Source: an uncultured Trueperaceae bacterium (GTDB lineage: Bacteria; Deinococcota; Deinococci; Deinococcales; Trueperaceae). Taken from it: DNA of 64,000 nt. Shown piece by piece: positions 9,984 to 20,819 of this stretch (position 1 is its first letter; each line of letters opens with the position of its first letter). The notes beneath the pieces are model-generated. The model was not told the origin of the DNA. It searched no databases and saw only the letters and a list, made by a program, of their open reading frames with translations. A program made the position numbers and the translations under genes. The stretch spans positions 256,001-320,000 of the forward strand of contig CAWCXJ010000008.1 in assembly GCA_963799485.1 (NCBI GenBank), written 5' to 3'.

Positions 9984-10170
9984 GGACTGCTACCCGACCC
10001 GTAAATGACCCTCGGCGAAAGCTGTTAAGCCGCCGTTTGGGTCAGCGTAGTACCGATCTTCTGCCACACCGAAATAATGCGCGGACAGACAGGCTACCGC
10101 ACGCGCGCGCAGGCTTGGTATACTCGTATGTTTACGGAGCAGGTGCGCCCTGCTTATCCAAGGAGGCACG

Positions 10171-13035
10171 TTGCAAAACCTTGTCATCCGCGGCGCTCGA
10201 GCACACAACCTCAAAAACGTCTCGACCACGCTTCCCAGAGACAGCTTTATCGTTTTTACCGGTGTGTCCGGTTCAGGCAAATCGACGCTCGCTTTCGATA
10301 CCATTTACGCCGAAGGGCAGCGCCGCTACGTTGAAAGTTTGTCGGCCTACGCGCGGCAGTTTTTAGGCTTGATGGACAAACCCGACGTCGACAGCATCGA
10401 AGGTTTATCGCCTGCTATCAGCATCGACCAGAAGACGACCTCGCACAATCCGCGTTCGACGGTCGGCACCGTCACCGAAATTCACGACTATTTGCGGCTG
10501 CTCTTTGCGCGTGCCGGAACACCGCACTGCCCGATTTGCGGGCGCGTGATTGAAAAACAGTCGGCCTCGGAAATCGTCGACCGGATGCTGGAGCGCTTTA
10601 GCGACCAGCGTGCGCTCGTGATCGCGCCGCTCGTCCGGGGACGCAAAGGTGAATATAAAAAGCTCTTTGAAGGGCTCAAAAAAGAAGGTTTTGCCCGCGT
10701 CCGAGTCGACGGTGAAGTCCAAACGCTCGACGAAGCTTTGAAGCTGACTCTCAAGAAGTACGAAAAACACGACATCGACATCGTCGTTGACCGCCTCAAG
10801 CTCAGCGAAAGCGACCGTTCACGGATTGCCGAATCGGTCGAGCTGGCCTTGCAAAAAGGTGAGGGCTTGATGCGGGTGTTTTTACCCGACAAAAATCAAG
10901 AAGAACTCTTTAGCGAGCGCTTCGCCTGCCCCGAACACGGGACGGTGTTAGAAGAACTCGAGCCCAGAGCGTTTTCGTTTAATTCGCCCTACGGCGCGTG
11001 CCCACACTGCACCGGCCTCGGCTACCGCTCCGAGTTCGACCCGGCGCTGATTATTCCCGACGACGAGCTGTCCATCGGACAAGGCACCATCGCACCGTGG
11101 AGCCAGGGACGCGGCGACGGGAACAAGGTCTTTTACTGGGACAGAATCAAGGCGCTCGCCGAGCATCTGGACTTCGATGTCCGCACCCCTTGGCAAGAGC
11201 TGCCGGAAAAGGTGCAGAAGACGCTCCTACGCGGCTCCCGTGAGCCCATCGAGGTCGTCTACAAACGCGGCGACCGCGAGACGATGCGCTTTAACGTCGA
11301 GTTTGAAGGCGTGATTCCCAACCTCGAGCGCCGCTTGCGCGAAGCCACCTCGGATTACGCTCGGGAGAAGCTCGAGGCGTTTATGTCGCTCGTTCCCTGC
11401 CCCAAATGCCACGGCACCCGCTACAAACCCGAGGTGTTGTCGGTGACGGTCGCTGAGCGCAACATTGCCGAGCTTTCGGGTATGACCGTTTTAGAAGCCA
11501 GGGCATTTTTTGCCGCGCTGAACCTGCCCGAACCGGGCGGAGCCATCGCCGCACCCATCATGCGCGAGGTCGGCGCACGGCTCGGGTTTTTGGAAAACGT
11601 CGGGCTCGACTATCTGACGCTCGACCGCAGCGCGAATACGCTCTCAGGCGGCGAGGCGCAGCGTATCCGGCTGGCGACGCAGGTCGGCAGCGGGCTTACC
11701 GGCGTGTTGTACGTTTTGGATGAGCCCTCTATCGGGTTGCACCCACGCGACAACGCGCGGCTCTTGCAAACGCTCCTCCACCTGCGCGATCTCGGCAATA
11801 CGCTCATCGTCGTCGAACACGACGAGGAAACCATGCGGGCCGCCGACTACCTCGTTGACTTGGGGCCGGGAGCCGGGGTTCACGGCGGCGAGATCATCGC
11901 CGAAGGGACGCCGGACGCGCTGATGCAAGACCCGAACTCGCTGACCGCAGCCTATTTGCGTGGGGACAAAAAGATCGAGGTACCGAGCAAGCGGCGGGGC
12001 GGCAGCGGCAAACGCATTAAGATTTTGGGCGCTTCTGAGCACAACCTGCAAAACGTCAGCGTCGAGATTCCGCTGGGGACGCTCACCTGTATTACCGGCG
12101 CGTCGGGCTCGGGCAAGTCCACACTCGTTCACCGTATCCTGCACGCGAGTTTGGCCAAAGAGCTGTACCGCGCCAAAGAAGTACCGGGCGTGCACAAGGC
12201 GATTCAAGGTACCGAAAACATCGACAAGGTGATCGAGATCGACCAGGGCCCGATTGGGCGCACGCCGCGCAGCAACCCGGCGACGTACACCGGGATATTC
12301 ACCGAAATCCGCGACCTCTACACCCGCGCACCCGAAGCCCGTAAACGCGGCTACAAAGCTGGACGGTTTTCATTCAACGTCAAAGGTGGACGCTGCGAAG
12401 CGTGTAAGGGCGACGGGACGGTTAAAGTCGAGATGTACTTTTTGCCCGACATCTACGTGCCGTGCGAAGTTTGTAAGGGGGCGCGTTACAACCGCGAAAC
12501 CCTGGAGGTCAAAATTCGCGGCAAGTCTATCGCCGACGTTCTTGGTATGACTGTCGATGAAGGGGTGGGGTTTTTCGAAAACATTCCCAACATCGCGCGT
12601 AAACTGCAGCTGATGCAAGACGTAGGGCTGGGGTATATCAAGATCGGACAACCGTCGCCGACGCTTTCGGGAGGCGAAGCGCAGCGCGTAAAACTCGCTT
12701 CAGAACTCGGCAAGCGCAGCACCGGCAAAACGCTCTACATTCTGGACGAACCGACCACCGGCCTGCACTTCGCCGATGTGCAGCGGCTTTTGGGGGTTTT
12801 GCAACGCCTCGTCGAAGGGGGCAACACCCTGGTCGTAATCGAGCATAATATGGACGTGATTAAAACCGCCGACTGGCTTATCGATCTGGGGCCGGACGGG
12901 GGCTCGAGAGGCGGCACCGTCGTCGCCGAAGGTACGCCTGAAACCGTCGCTGTTCACCCGACCTCCTCGACCGGCGAATACCTGCGGCAAATTCCCGAAA
13001 TCGAGGCGCGCCTCCCCGAGCTGGCTCCCGCATGA
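10171..13035 (+). CDS. uvrA: Excinuclease ABC subunit A
   Basis: GARAHNLKN, two Walker A motifs, Zn fingers, LSGGEAQR twice; AGGAGG RBS. Confidence 0.98.
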   Translation: MQNLVIRGARAHNLKNVSTTLPRDSFIVFTGVSGSGKSTLAFDTIYAEGQRRYVESLSAYARQFLGLMDKPDVDSIEGLSPAISIDQKTTSHNPRSTVGTVTEIHDYLRLLFARAGTPHCPICGRVIEKQSASEIVDRMLERFSDQRALVIAPLVRGRKGEYKKLFEGLKKEGFARVRVDGEVQTLDEALKLTLKKYEKHDIDIVVDRLKLSESDRSRIAESVELALQKGEGLMRVFLPDKNQEELFSERFACPEHGTVLEELEPRAFSFNSPYGACPHCTGLGYRSEFDPALIIPDDELSIGQGTIAPWSQGRGDGNKVFYWDRIKALAEHLDFDVRTPWQELPEKVQKTLLRGSREPIEVVYKRGDRETMRFNVEFEGVIPNLERRLREATSDYAREKLEAFMSLVPCPKCHGTRYKPEVLSVTVAERNIAELSGMTVLEARAFFAALNLPEPGGAIAAPIMREVGARLGFLENVGLDYLTLDRSANTLSGGEAQRIRLATQVGSGLTGVLYVLDEPSIGLHPRDNARLLQTLLHLRDLGNTLIVVEHDEETMRAADYLVDLGPGAGVHGGEIIAEGTPDALMQDPNSLTAAYLRGDKKIEVPSKRRGGSGKRIKILGASEHNLQNVSVEIPLGTLTCITGASGSGKSTLVHRILHASLAKELYRAKEVPGVHKAIQGTENIDKVIEIDQGPIGRTPRSNPATYTGIFTEIRDLYTRAPEARKRGYKAGRFSFNVKGGRCEACKGDGTVKVEMYFLPDIYVPCEVCKGARYNRETLEVKIRGKSIADVLGMTVDEGVGFFENIPNIARKLQLMQDVGLGYIKIGQPSPTLSGGEAQRVKLASELGKRSTGKTLYILDEPTTGLHFADVQRLLGVLQRLVEGGNTLVVIEHNMDVIKTADWLIDLGPDGGSRGGTVVAEGTPETVAVHPTSSTGEYLRQIPEIEARLPELAPA

Positions 13036-13532
13036 CCCGGAGCCGCGCCACCCGCACCTCAGCCAACGCCACGTCTTATCTAATCGTCGGGACGTTTTTC
13101 TTTTTGCTCGCCGTGGTGTTGGCGGTCGCCCCTTTGCCTGTACTCGTTCGCAGTTTGGGTGTCGTTTTGTGCAGTTACGCCGCGCTTGCCTTTGCGGGTC
13201 TTCCCTTTGCGTTTGCGACGGCCCTGCTTGCCCCTGTTGCGGGTCTTCTTACAGGGGGCGAACCATGGCTCATTATGCTGCCACTGATGCTCGTTTCAGG
13301 CTTACTGGCGTTTTTAGGGCTCGACTATGCGTGGCGCTGGGGGGCGCTTATCGTCTCACCGCTGCTCTACGTTTTGCCTCAGCTCATCGTTTGGCAGCTT
13401 TCGCAACGCTCGCTTTTTGCTGTAGCCCTGCCGTGGAGTCCGTCGGCTCAGGTTTGGCTGGGGCTTCACGCGCTGGCGGCTGTAGGTGGAACTGCCGGTG
13501 CACTCGCCCTGACGCGTAGGCGTAGACGGTAG
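13032..13532 (+). CDS. Hypothetical integral membrane protein
   Basis: Multiple hydrophobic helices; ATGA overlap with the uvrA stop. Confidence 0.75.
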   Translation: MTRSRATRTSANATSYLIVGTFFFLLAVVLAVAPLPVLVRSLGVVLCSYAALAFAGLPFAFATALLAPVAGLLTGGEPWLIMLPLMLVSGLLAFLGLDYAWRWGALIVSPLLYVLPQLIVWQLSQRSLFAVALPWSPSAQVWLGLHALAAVGGTAGALALTRRRRR

Positions 13533-13536
13533 CTTT

Positions 13537-14142
13537 ATGAAAGACCTGCGGCGGCTCTGGTTTTACTATCTGGCTTCGTATCTGGTGCGGAACTACGCAC
13601 GAGTTTTCCGGCGGCTCAAAGTCGAGGGTCTAGAGCTCATCCCGCACTCCGAAGCTCGAGGTTTAATCATCGCCAGCAACCACGTATCGAACTTCGACCC
13701 GCCGCTCGTCGGTTCGCTCGTACCCCGCGAAATTCACTTTATGGCCAAACGTGAACTTTTCGAAACGCAGCCGCTCAGATGGGTTTGCGAACACCTCATG
13801 GCGTTTCCGATAGACCGTAGCAAGGGCGATACCAAAGGTATCAAAGAAGCGTTGCGGTTTCTCAAGAGTGGCGTCGCTGTCGGTATCTTTCCGCAAGGCA
13901 CGCGCAACGCCGGCGACGCGGCGGCGCAGGGCGGCGCAGCGTTTTTGGCGCAGCGCGCCGACGTGCCGCTGCAACCCGTCGCGATTTGGGAAGAGCGCGG
14001 ACGGTTGCGGGTACGTTTCGGCACCCCCATTTATCCCAAAGACAAATCGAAGGCCGAGATGCGCGCCTTGACCCAAACGCTTATGGCCCGGATTCACGAG
14101 CTACTTCCCGCTAAGGCGCAAAACACGTCGGACACGCACTAA
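13537..14142 (+). CDS. plsC: Lysophospholipid (1-acyl-G3P) acyltransferase, PlsC family
   Basis: NHVSNFDP, FMAKRELF, FPQGTR. Confidence 0.88.
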   Translation: MKDLRRLWFYYLASYLVRNYARVFRRLKVEGLELIPHSEARGLIIASNHVSNFDPPLVGSLVPREIHFMAKRELFETQPLRWVCEHLMAFPIDRSKGDTKGIKEALRFLKSGVAVGIFPQGTRNAGDAAAQGGAAFLAQRADVPLQPVAIWEERGRLRVRFGTPIYPKDKSKAEMRALTQTLMARIHELLPAKAQNTSDTH

Positions 14143-14259
14143 AACCTAAGCAGTAAACCGGTTTGCGTCCCTGAGGCCGTAAACCGAGTTGCGCCGACTA
14201 GGACTTGCTATCTTGCGGGTCTCGTGCTAAAGTACCCCGAAGTTCAAAAGGAGGTAGTT

Positions 14260-14547
14260 GTGGCGAAAGCGAAGACGGTTTCTAAAGCTGATCTCGTTGA
14301 CCGGGTGGCGGACGAGACCCAGATGAAGAAAAAAGACGTTAAAACGGTCATCGACTCGATGATCGAGCACGTAACCCAGCACCTGAACGGGGGCGACAAG
14401 GTGCAGCTTACGGGTTTCGGTACCTTTGAGGTGCGCGAGCGTAAAGCCCGCACCGGCGTCAAACCGGGTACGACGGAGAAAATCGAGATTCCGGCCAGCA
14501 AGTACCCGGCGTTCAAACCCGGCAAAGCCCTTAAAGACAAGATTTAA
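14260..14547 (+). CDS. hup: DNA-binding protein HU
   Basis: VQLTGFGTFEVRERKARTG...PAFKPGKALKD; AGGAGG RBS before GTG 14260. Confidence 0.95.
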   Translation: MAKAKTVSKADLVDRVADETQMKKKDVKTVIDSMIEHVTQHLNGGDKVQLTGFGTFEVRERKARTGVKPGTTEKIEIPASKYPAFKPGKALKDKI

Positions 14548-14565
14548 GGGCTCTTCGGTGTAGTC

Positions 14566-14592
14566 AAGGCGGCTTTTGGGCCGCCTTTTTTT
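14566..14592 (+). terminator. Rho-independent terminator after hup
   Basis: aaggcggc-ttttgg-gccgcctt followed by a T run. Confidence 0.85.
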
Positions 14593-14679
14593 AGTGCTTG
14601 AAAAAAAGAGAGATCTTCTGGTTCGAAATGTACTCACTTGAAAAAGAGTAGACGAATACACACACGAAATGGTTCGCGT

Positions 14680-15139
14680 CTCACTACCGGGACAAAAGAC
14701 GAATAAGCCAGTCTATGACACAGTTTAGGTGGGACCAAAACCACTGTCAAAGGACTGGTTTATGCACAATCGTACTGAACTGCAGCAGAAAATCCAAACT
14801 CAAAACGTTGGCAAATCGAATTCAGCGAAGCGCCGAGGCGAAGCCGTCCGCTTTTCTCTGCCCTCGAGACCCGTGGTTTCAACCTCGAAGACACGCACAT
14901 GACCACCCCAACTCGGCTCAACACCCTGTTGGCGCTGCTGGCTCTCGCTTTTGCCTGGGCGCATCTGGTCGGTGAGTGGTGCTACCAGCAGCGTCCTCTC
15001 AAAGTAAAAGCGCATGGCTACTTGCCCAAAAGCTATTTCAGGCGTGGCTTTGACGCGCTTCGCTCAGCCATTCTTGCCGGCAACTCTCCCGCAAGCATCA
15101 GCCTTGTCGACTGTCTCAAACTTTTGTCCCCGTAGTGAG
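14680..15139 (+). mobile_element. Internally deleted IS4-family element (about 460 bp)
   Basis: 19-bp terminal IR with 1 mismatch (ctcactaccgggacaaaag / cttttgtccccgtagtgag); transposase C-terminus FSALETRGFNLEDTH..KAHGY..SYFRRG. Confidence 0.8.
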
Positions 15140-15298
15140 CGGCAAAAATGTCTTGTGCAAACCTTTCAGTGATGCTGACAAGGCGAACGCGCTTACCCTC
15201 GATGTCGAGCTGAAACAAAGCCGGTTTAGTGCCGATGAAAGCAAACTCAGTCATTACGGAACAACTTTTCCTACCCACCCCAGCCCGTTCTCAGATGT

Positions 15299-15508
15299 TT
15301 AAGAGCGGTGAGACCCAGCCTGTTTTGCCAAGTCCATCAGCAGACGCAGAGCATCGTTAACCGCCTTTTCATTTGGAAAAGCTTTGGCTACGTCTTCGTC
15401 CAACAAAACCAAATTGCTACCCTGTTTGTAGGCTTCGGCGTACTTGCCACGCGCAGATTGACCCAACTTGCCGAAATCGTACTCAGGTCTCAAATCGTCT
15501 TCTGCCAT
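15299..15508 (-). CDS. BrnA-like antitoxin
   Basis: DDLRPEYDF..RGKY..LDEDVAKAFP..AVNDALR, directly downstream of BrnT. Confidence 0.8.
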   Translation of the reverse strand: MAEDDLRPEYDFGKLGQSARGKYAEAYKQGSNLVLLDEDVAKAFPNEKAVNDALRLLMDLAKQAGSHRS

Positions 15509-15509
15509 C

Positions 15510-15782
15510 CTATTCTCCCTCGTAAGCTTTTCGCTCTTGCTTGGTCAAAGCGCGTGCGCTGATGATACACACTTTGTCTTCACGGTCGGCGTGAGAAACA
15601 ATCATTTTTCCTGTAGCGGTAAGACCGGTGGGCAAAAAGCGTTTTTCTTCGTCTGAATGGTCGGGGTCATCGAAGGTATACGAAAGTGGATCGCCGAAAG
15701 CGGTTGCGGCTTCCTCGAATGAAACCTCGTGCTTTTCAAGATTACGCCGGACTTTCTCGGGGTTCCATTCAAATTGCAGCAC
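15510..15782 (-). CDS. BrnT family toxin
   Basis: FEWNPEK..NLEKHEVSFEEA..F.DP, DHS.EE.R, IISAR..T..ER..YE. Confidence 0.9.
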   Translation of the reverse strand: MLQFEWNPEKVRRNLEKHEVSFEEAATAFGDPLSYTFDDPDHSDEEKRFLPTGLTATGKMIVSHADREDKVCIISARALTKQERKAYEGE

Positions 15783-15847
15783 TGACTGATTTTAGCACTC
15801 GGTGACTAGCTGAACGCCTTCAGAAAAGGTAAAGGGGGAAACTTTCT

Positions 15848-17011
15848 TCACGGCACAACCTTCCCCACCCACCCCAGCGGATTCGTCGCCTCCTCGGCCA
15901 CACGCATCTCCCAGTGCAGATGCGGCCCTGTCGAAAGCCCGGTCGTCCCGACTTCACCGACAACCTGACCGCGTTTTACGGTCTCCCCGGCTTTGACCAG
16001 AAGTTTTGACTGGTGCAAGTATAAGCTGAACACGCCGCCGCCGTGGTCAATCACCACCAGCCCACCTTTGGTGGGATAAAACCCGGCGACGCGCACCGTC
16101 CCGGCATTTGTCGCATGAACGGGCGTACCTTCGGGCGCAGCGAGGTCGGCACCCTGGTGATACGAGATATTTCCGCCGGGGCCGTACTGCCGTGACGCGC
16201 CGAAACTGCTGGTGCTGACGCCGTCTACCGGGAGCATAAAGGGTTGCTGCCAACCCGGGTACGCCGTACCTTTGGCGTAGGCAGCGCTGAGGGTGGCCTC
16301 CTCGAGCGCCTTGTTTTCCGGCGTCGAGCTACTTAAAACTTCCGGCGAGAGGTTCAAGAGTTCGGTGCCACGCGGGTCGGCGGTGACGGCGACGCTGCGC
16401 TCTAGTTTCGTAACCCGTCCAAACTCGTCGGTAAGTGTGATGCTCAGCGGCAAGGTACTCGTTTCCGAACCGAGCGGGACACCGCCGAACGCGGCTGCGC
16501 CGGTACGGTTCCAGAAAGTAGGCAAGCGTTGACCGCTGAGCGTGACTGAAACCCGCTCGATTTTTGGATTGGTGCCGTACGCGAGCCTCACGCCTACCGG
16601 GTCGCCGACAACAGCGGTTCGGGTTGTTTGGGCCGTAACTTCTGGCTTCGGCACGCCGGCAACGGTATACCGGGCCGTCGTCTGGTTGTCGGCACCATCA
16701 GAAGCCGTCAGCTCGAGGACGTTTTCTCCCGCCCCGGCGTTCAGCTTCAGGCGCAGGTTTTGCGTCACAGCCTCGGTGGTTTTGCCCCCATAGGTGTAAC
16801 GGTAGATGACGGGTTCGCTCGAGCTGACCAGTACCTCATACCTCTCACCGGCAGGAACGCGGCTGGGAATCTGCACCTCTAGTTGCGGCGCAACCCGGTC
16901 GAGCCAGCCCTGCGAGAGCGCCAGCGAGTAAAACACGAGCAGTGTGAGCAGAAGAACGAGTAGAACACGCCGCCGACGTTTTACATGGTGGTCGGTAGGA
17001 GAACGACTCAT
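15848..17011 (-). CDS. M23 family metallopeptidase, membrane-anchored
   Basis: N-terminal TM, HQGADL, YLHQS, STGPHLHWE. Confidence 0.92.
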   Translation of the reverse strand: MSRSPTDHHVKRRRRVLLVLLLTLLVFYSLALSQGWLDRVAPQLEVQIPSRVPAGERYEVLVSSSEPVIYRYTYGGKTTEAVTQNLRLKLNAGAGENVLELTASDGADNQTTARYTVAGVPKPEVTAQTTRTAVVGDPVGVRLAYGTNPKIERVSVTLSGQRLPTFWNRTGAAAFGGVPLGSETSTLPLSITLTDEFGRVTKLERSVAVTADPRGTELLNLSPEVLSSSTPENKALEEATLSAAYAKGTAYPGWQQPFMLPVDGVSTSSFGASRQYGPGGNISYHQGADLAAPEGTPVHATNAGTVRVAGFYPTKGGLVVIDHGGGVFSLYLHQSKLLVKAGETVKRGQVVGEVGTTGLSTGPHLHWEMRVAEEATNPLGWVGKVVP

Positions 17012-17014
17012 GGG

Positions 17015-17554
17015 TTATTCGGTTTCCTGACTCGTGACAAACGGCAAGTTGCGGTACTGATGCGCTACGTCGAGGCCGTAACCGTACACGAACGCGTCGT
17101 CGATTTCAAAGCCCACGAAGTCGAGCGGCACGTCTACCTGGCGTCTCGAGGGCTTTGAGAGCAGCGTCGCCACCTTGACCGAGAGCGGCCCGCGCCCCTG
17201 CAAATAGCCGAACAGATACTTCATCGTCAGGCCCGTATCGACAATATCTTCGACCAAAATCACATGCTTGTTTTTCAGGGATTGGTCGAGGTCTTTGGTG
17301 AGCCGCACCTCACCCGAGCTTGCAGTACGTGACCCGTAAGACGATACCGCCATAAAGTCCAGCGTCAGCGGCACGTCAATCTCCCGCACGAGGTCGGCCA
17401 TAAAGAGAAACGCGCCGTTTAGGACGCAAATCAGGTGCAGCGGTTCGCCGTCCCCATACGCCGCCGTAATCTCTCTACCCAGCTCTTGCACCCGCGCTCT
17501 AACCTCTGCCTCTGAGAGTTGTACCGAGCCGCTGCCCTGCTTGAATATCGTCAT
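17015..17554 (-). CDS. hpt: Hypoxanthine phosphoribosyltransferase
   Basis: VLNGA..FMADL, VEDIVDTGLT, FVYGYGLD. Confidence 0.95.
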   Translation of the reverse strand: MTIFKQGSGSVQLSEAEVRARVQELGREITAAYGDGEPLHLICVLNGAFLFMADLVREIDVPLTLDFMAVSSYGSRTASSGEVRLTKDLDQSLKNKHVILVEDIVDTGLTMKYLFGYLQGRGPLSVKVATLLSKPSRRQVDVPLDFVGFEIDDAFVYGYGLDVAHQYRNLPFVTSQETE

Positions 17555-17570
17555 AGAAACCCCATAGCAG

Positions 17571-18257
17571 CTAGTATATGCCCAGCGGTTTCAGGTCGGC
17601 TTCGGTCAGCTGCCGGTAGTCACCCGGTTTCAGGTCGCCCAACGTCAGATGCGCCACGCGGGTACGGAGGAGCCGCGTCACCTCAAAGCCGAGACCGCCG
17701 AGCATCCGCCGCACTTCACGGTTGCGGCCTTCGCGCAACACGACGGTGCAGCCACCGGGAGAGGGCCACGCCGTAAACGCCCTGGCGGGGCCGTCGCCCA
17801 GCTCGACGCCGCTCCTGAGCGCGTGCATTTCACGTTCGGAAAGCGGCGCGTCGCACCAGACCCGGTACTCTTTTTCGTGTTCATAACGCGGGTGGGTGAG
17901 TTGCAGCGTCAACGCGCCGTCGTTGGTGACGAGCAAGAGACCTTCGGACTCGAGGTCAAGTCTACCCACCGGATGCAACCCCGGCACTTGAGGGAGCAGG
18001 TCAATCACCGTTTCCCGGCCCCGGTCGTCCGACACCGACGAGAGCACCCCGACGGGTTTGTAGAGCAGATAGGTAACATGCTCTTGCACCTCGGCCCGAA
18101 CGCCGCCCACCCTCACCTCATCTGAGGGTTCGACCTGTTGACCCAGCTCAGCGGTGACGCCGTTGACGGTGACTTTGCCCTCAAGAATCAGCGTTTCAGC
18201 TTTACGGCGACTCGCGACCCCGGCCCGCGACAAAAACTTCTGCAACCGTTCAGCCAC
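17571..18257 (-). CDS. RsuA/RluB-family pseudouridine synthase
   Basis: S4 domain RLQKFLSRAGVASRR, PVGRLD, EGRNREVRRM. Confidence 0.93.
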   Translation of the reverse strand: MAERLQKFLSRAGVASRRKAETLILEGKVTVNGVTAELGQQVEPSDEVRVGGVRAEVQEHVTYLLYKPVGVLSSVSDDRGRETVIDLLPQVPGLHPVGRLDLESEGLLLVTNDGALTLQLTHPRYEHEKEYRVWCDAPLSEREMHALRSGVELGDGPARAFTAWPSPGGCTVVLREGRNREVRRMLGGLGFEVTRLLRTRVAHLTLGDLKPGDYRQLTEADLKPLGIY

Positions 18258-18290
18258 GAGCGCCTACACCATAAACGCGCCGTAAAACCG

Positions 18291-19208
18291 TCATAAAAAG
18301 AGCTGCCCTTCACCGACTCTTACGGCGACGCCGCCGACGGAGACCTGCACACCTTTTTCGGTTCGTTTCAGACGCACGAACAGCTCGCTTTTACGGCCCA
18401 TTTCAACGCCTTGGTGACTGGTGAATTCGGCGCTGTCACCTTGCAAGATGTCTGTATGCGCCGCTAAATATGCACCCAGCGGCCCGTGCGCGCTACCGGT
18501 GGCAGGGTCTTCGTAAACGCCGAGGGCAGCGCCCAACATCCGCGCACGAATATCAGACTCAGGCGCGTGAGGGGTAAAAACGAAAACCACAGGGCGATTA
18601 TCGGGTAGTAGCTGGGAGAGTTTAGGTAGCGATACCTGCGCCCGTGCAAGTGCGTCCAGCGAAACGACCGGAACCAACAAGAACGGATTTCCGGCACTGC
18701 CGAGCTGGACGGGCAAGTCGGGCTCGAGCTCCCCCACTCCCAAACCCAAAGCCGCTGCAACCTGCGCCTTGTCGAACGTCTCCAAAAGCTCCGGCACACC
18801 CTGATTCATCCACACCCGTTTTAAGGTGCCGCCTTTACGCTCTAGGGTCATCTGCACAGGGCCGACGTTTAACGTCAGCGTTACCTTGTCCTGCCCCGTA
18901 AAATGGCCCTGCTGCGCGAGCGCAAAGACCGTACCGACGCTCGGGTGTCCCGCCACCGGTAATTCTTGCGTCGGCGTAAAGTAGCGGGCGCGGACTGCGG
19001 TTTTTACGGCAGGTTTTACGGTGGGTTTTACGGTGCTTTCTGCGGGTAACACGAAACTCGTCTCAGAGAGATTGAACTCGTTGGCGATGCGCTGCATCTG
19101 TTCGCCACTTAAACCGTCGGCATCCGGGATAACGGCTAACGGGTTGCCGTAAAAAGGTCGCGTCGTAAATACGTCCCACAGCTCATAAAGTAGGATGTCA
19201 GGTGTCAT
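18291..19208 (-). CDS. PhzF family isomerase
   Basis: DVFT..GNPLAV, NLSET, AGHP, EDPATGSA, QGVEMGR; start at ATG 19208 after TAGACT. Confidence 0.92.
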   Translation of the reverse strand: MTPDILLYELWDVFTTRPFYGNPLAVIPDADGLSGEQMQRIANEFNLSETSFVLPAESTVKPTVKPAVKTAVRARYFTPTQELPVAGHPSVGTVFALAQQGHFTGQDKVTLTLNVGPVQMTLERKGGTLKRVWMNQGVPELLETFDKAQVAAALGLGVGELEPDLPVQLGSAGNPFLLVPVVSLDALARAQVSLPKLSQLLPDNRPVVFVFTPHAPESDIRARMLGAALGVYEDPATGSAHGPLGAYLAAHTDILQGDSAEFTSHQGVEMGRKSELFVRLKRTEKGVQVSVGGVAVRVGEGQLFL

Positions 19209-19250
19209 TGGGGCAAGTCTAACCGGAAAGAGTCGTGCTAGTTTGGGCCT

Positions 19251-20336
19251 ATGATTCATCCTCTACATGAACGCTACGCCAAACTCCTCGTCGGCTACTG
19301 CACTGAAGTTCAATCCGGTGAGAATGTGCTCTTGAACCTCGAGAGTCCGGCGTTGCCGCTGGCCAGGGCGCTCACCCGCGAAGTCCTTAAAGCAGGCGGG
19401 ATTCCGCACCTGCGCGTGACTTATCCTGAACTCACTGCTGACATTTTGGAGCTTGCCACAGACACTTATCTGGAGTCTGAAGCGGGGCTCGAGCGCTCCG
19501 AAATCAAACACACCGACGCCTGGATTCGCGTCGCTGCGCCGAGCAACACCCGCACGCTGCAAGGCTCCGACAAAACCAAACTCGGACGGTTACAAAAACG
19601 GCTCCGGGACGTGTCGAATATCCGGATTCAGGAAACCCGGTGGTGCGGCACGCTCTTTCCGACCCCGGCGGGCGCACAAGACGCCGACATGAGTTTAGAC
19701 GACTACGAACGCTTCGTTTACGGCGCGATGTTCTTGTTTGAACCTGACCCGGTAGCCGAGTGGAAGAAGCTGCACGAGTTTCAGGCAGAGCTGATTGAAA
19801 GGCTTCAGGGCGCAAAAACGGTGCGGATTCAGGCCGACGGTACCGACCTCACACTCAGCGTCGGTGGGCGCACCTGGGTCAATTCGGACGGACACCGCAA
19901 TATGCCTTCGGGCGAGGTGTTTACGGGGCCGCTCGAGACCAGCGCCGAAGGCACCATTCGTTTTGACATCCCGAGCGCGGTTCAGGGAACGCTCGTCAGA
20001 GATGCCCAACTGACGTTCAAGGAAGGTCAAGTTGTCTCTGCAAAAGCCGACGAAGGCGATGAGCTGTTGCAAGCGCAGCTTACGACCGACCCCGGCGCAA
20101 GGTTTCTGGGTGAACTCGGAATCGGTACCAACACCCGAATTCAGCGCCCGACCAAAAGCATCTTGTTCGATGAAAAAATCGGTGGCACGGTGCACCTCGC
20201 GCTCGGGCAGTCGTACCGGGAAACAGGCGGGACGAACACGTCGGCAATTCACTGGGATTTGATCTGTGATTTGCGGCGAGGCGGCGTAATCACACTCGAC
20301 GATAGAGTGTTTCAAGAAAATGGGCAGTTTGTTTAG
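19251..20336 (+). CDS. Aminopeptidase, M29 (AmpS/AmpT) family
   Basis: NMPSGEVFT, GELGIG, LFDEK, HLALG, SAIHWD. Confidence 0.93.
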   Translation: MIHPLHERYAKLLVGYCTEVQSGENVLLNLESPALPLARALTREVLKAGGIPHLRVTYPELTADILELATDTYLESEAGLERSEIKHTDAWIRVAAPSNTRTLQGSDKTKLGRLQKRLRDVSNIRIQETRWCGTLFPTPAGAQDADMSLDDYERFVYGAMFLFEPDPVAEWKKLHEFQAELIERLQGAKTVRIQADGTDLTLSVGGRTWVNSDGHRNMPSGEVFTGPLETSAEGTIRFDIPSAVQGTLVRDAQLTFKEGQVVSAKADEGDELLQAQLTTDPGARFLGELGIGTNTRIQRPTKSILFDEKIGGTVHLALGQSYRETGGTNTSAIHWDLICDLRRGGVITLDDRVFQENGQFV

Positions 20337-20402
20337 GGACAGTAGGGCTTGGCCCTACCGTCTCTTGGGGTAAAAACACAAACATCTTCAACCCAAGCTA
20401 AG

Positions 20403-20710
20403 TTAGTGGTCGTACGGGAGCAAGACGTGGCTCAACTCGTCGGTACTTATCCCCAGCGTCCCGGCTGCTGCGCCCAAGTCCAAGGGGAGATTTCCTAAAG
20501 CAGCACTCAGCGCGTTGACGGTCACCTCGAGTTGCTCGGCAGCACACGCTAAACCGGGCGGGTCGTCCGGTCTAGCGCCCCCGGCGCACCGATGCCTCCG
20601 CTCACGTTCGTACTAAAGGCACCTTCGGCGCTCGTGCTCACCAAGCAAGTAGGCAGGTTGGGAAACGTAAGCGAGGCGCGACAGTGATAGCCGCGCGTTT
20701 CGTCTACCAG
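20403..20710 (-). pseudogene. Frameshifted 3' remnant of a second YHYH-type protein
   Basis: DETRGYHCRASLTFPNLPTCL, frameshift, then PGLACAAEQLEVTVNALSAALGNLPLDLGAAAGTLGIS, resembling the C-terminus of the upstream YHYH gene. Confidence 0.65.
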
Positions 20711-20819
20711 GAGGCTTGTGACCCTGCTAAAAACAACCCGTCGTTACCGGAGCATTCGGTAGTGGTTTGAGACGGTTTCATAGAGGCGATGTCAAAACCA
20801 AGTTGACATCTCTGTAAGC

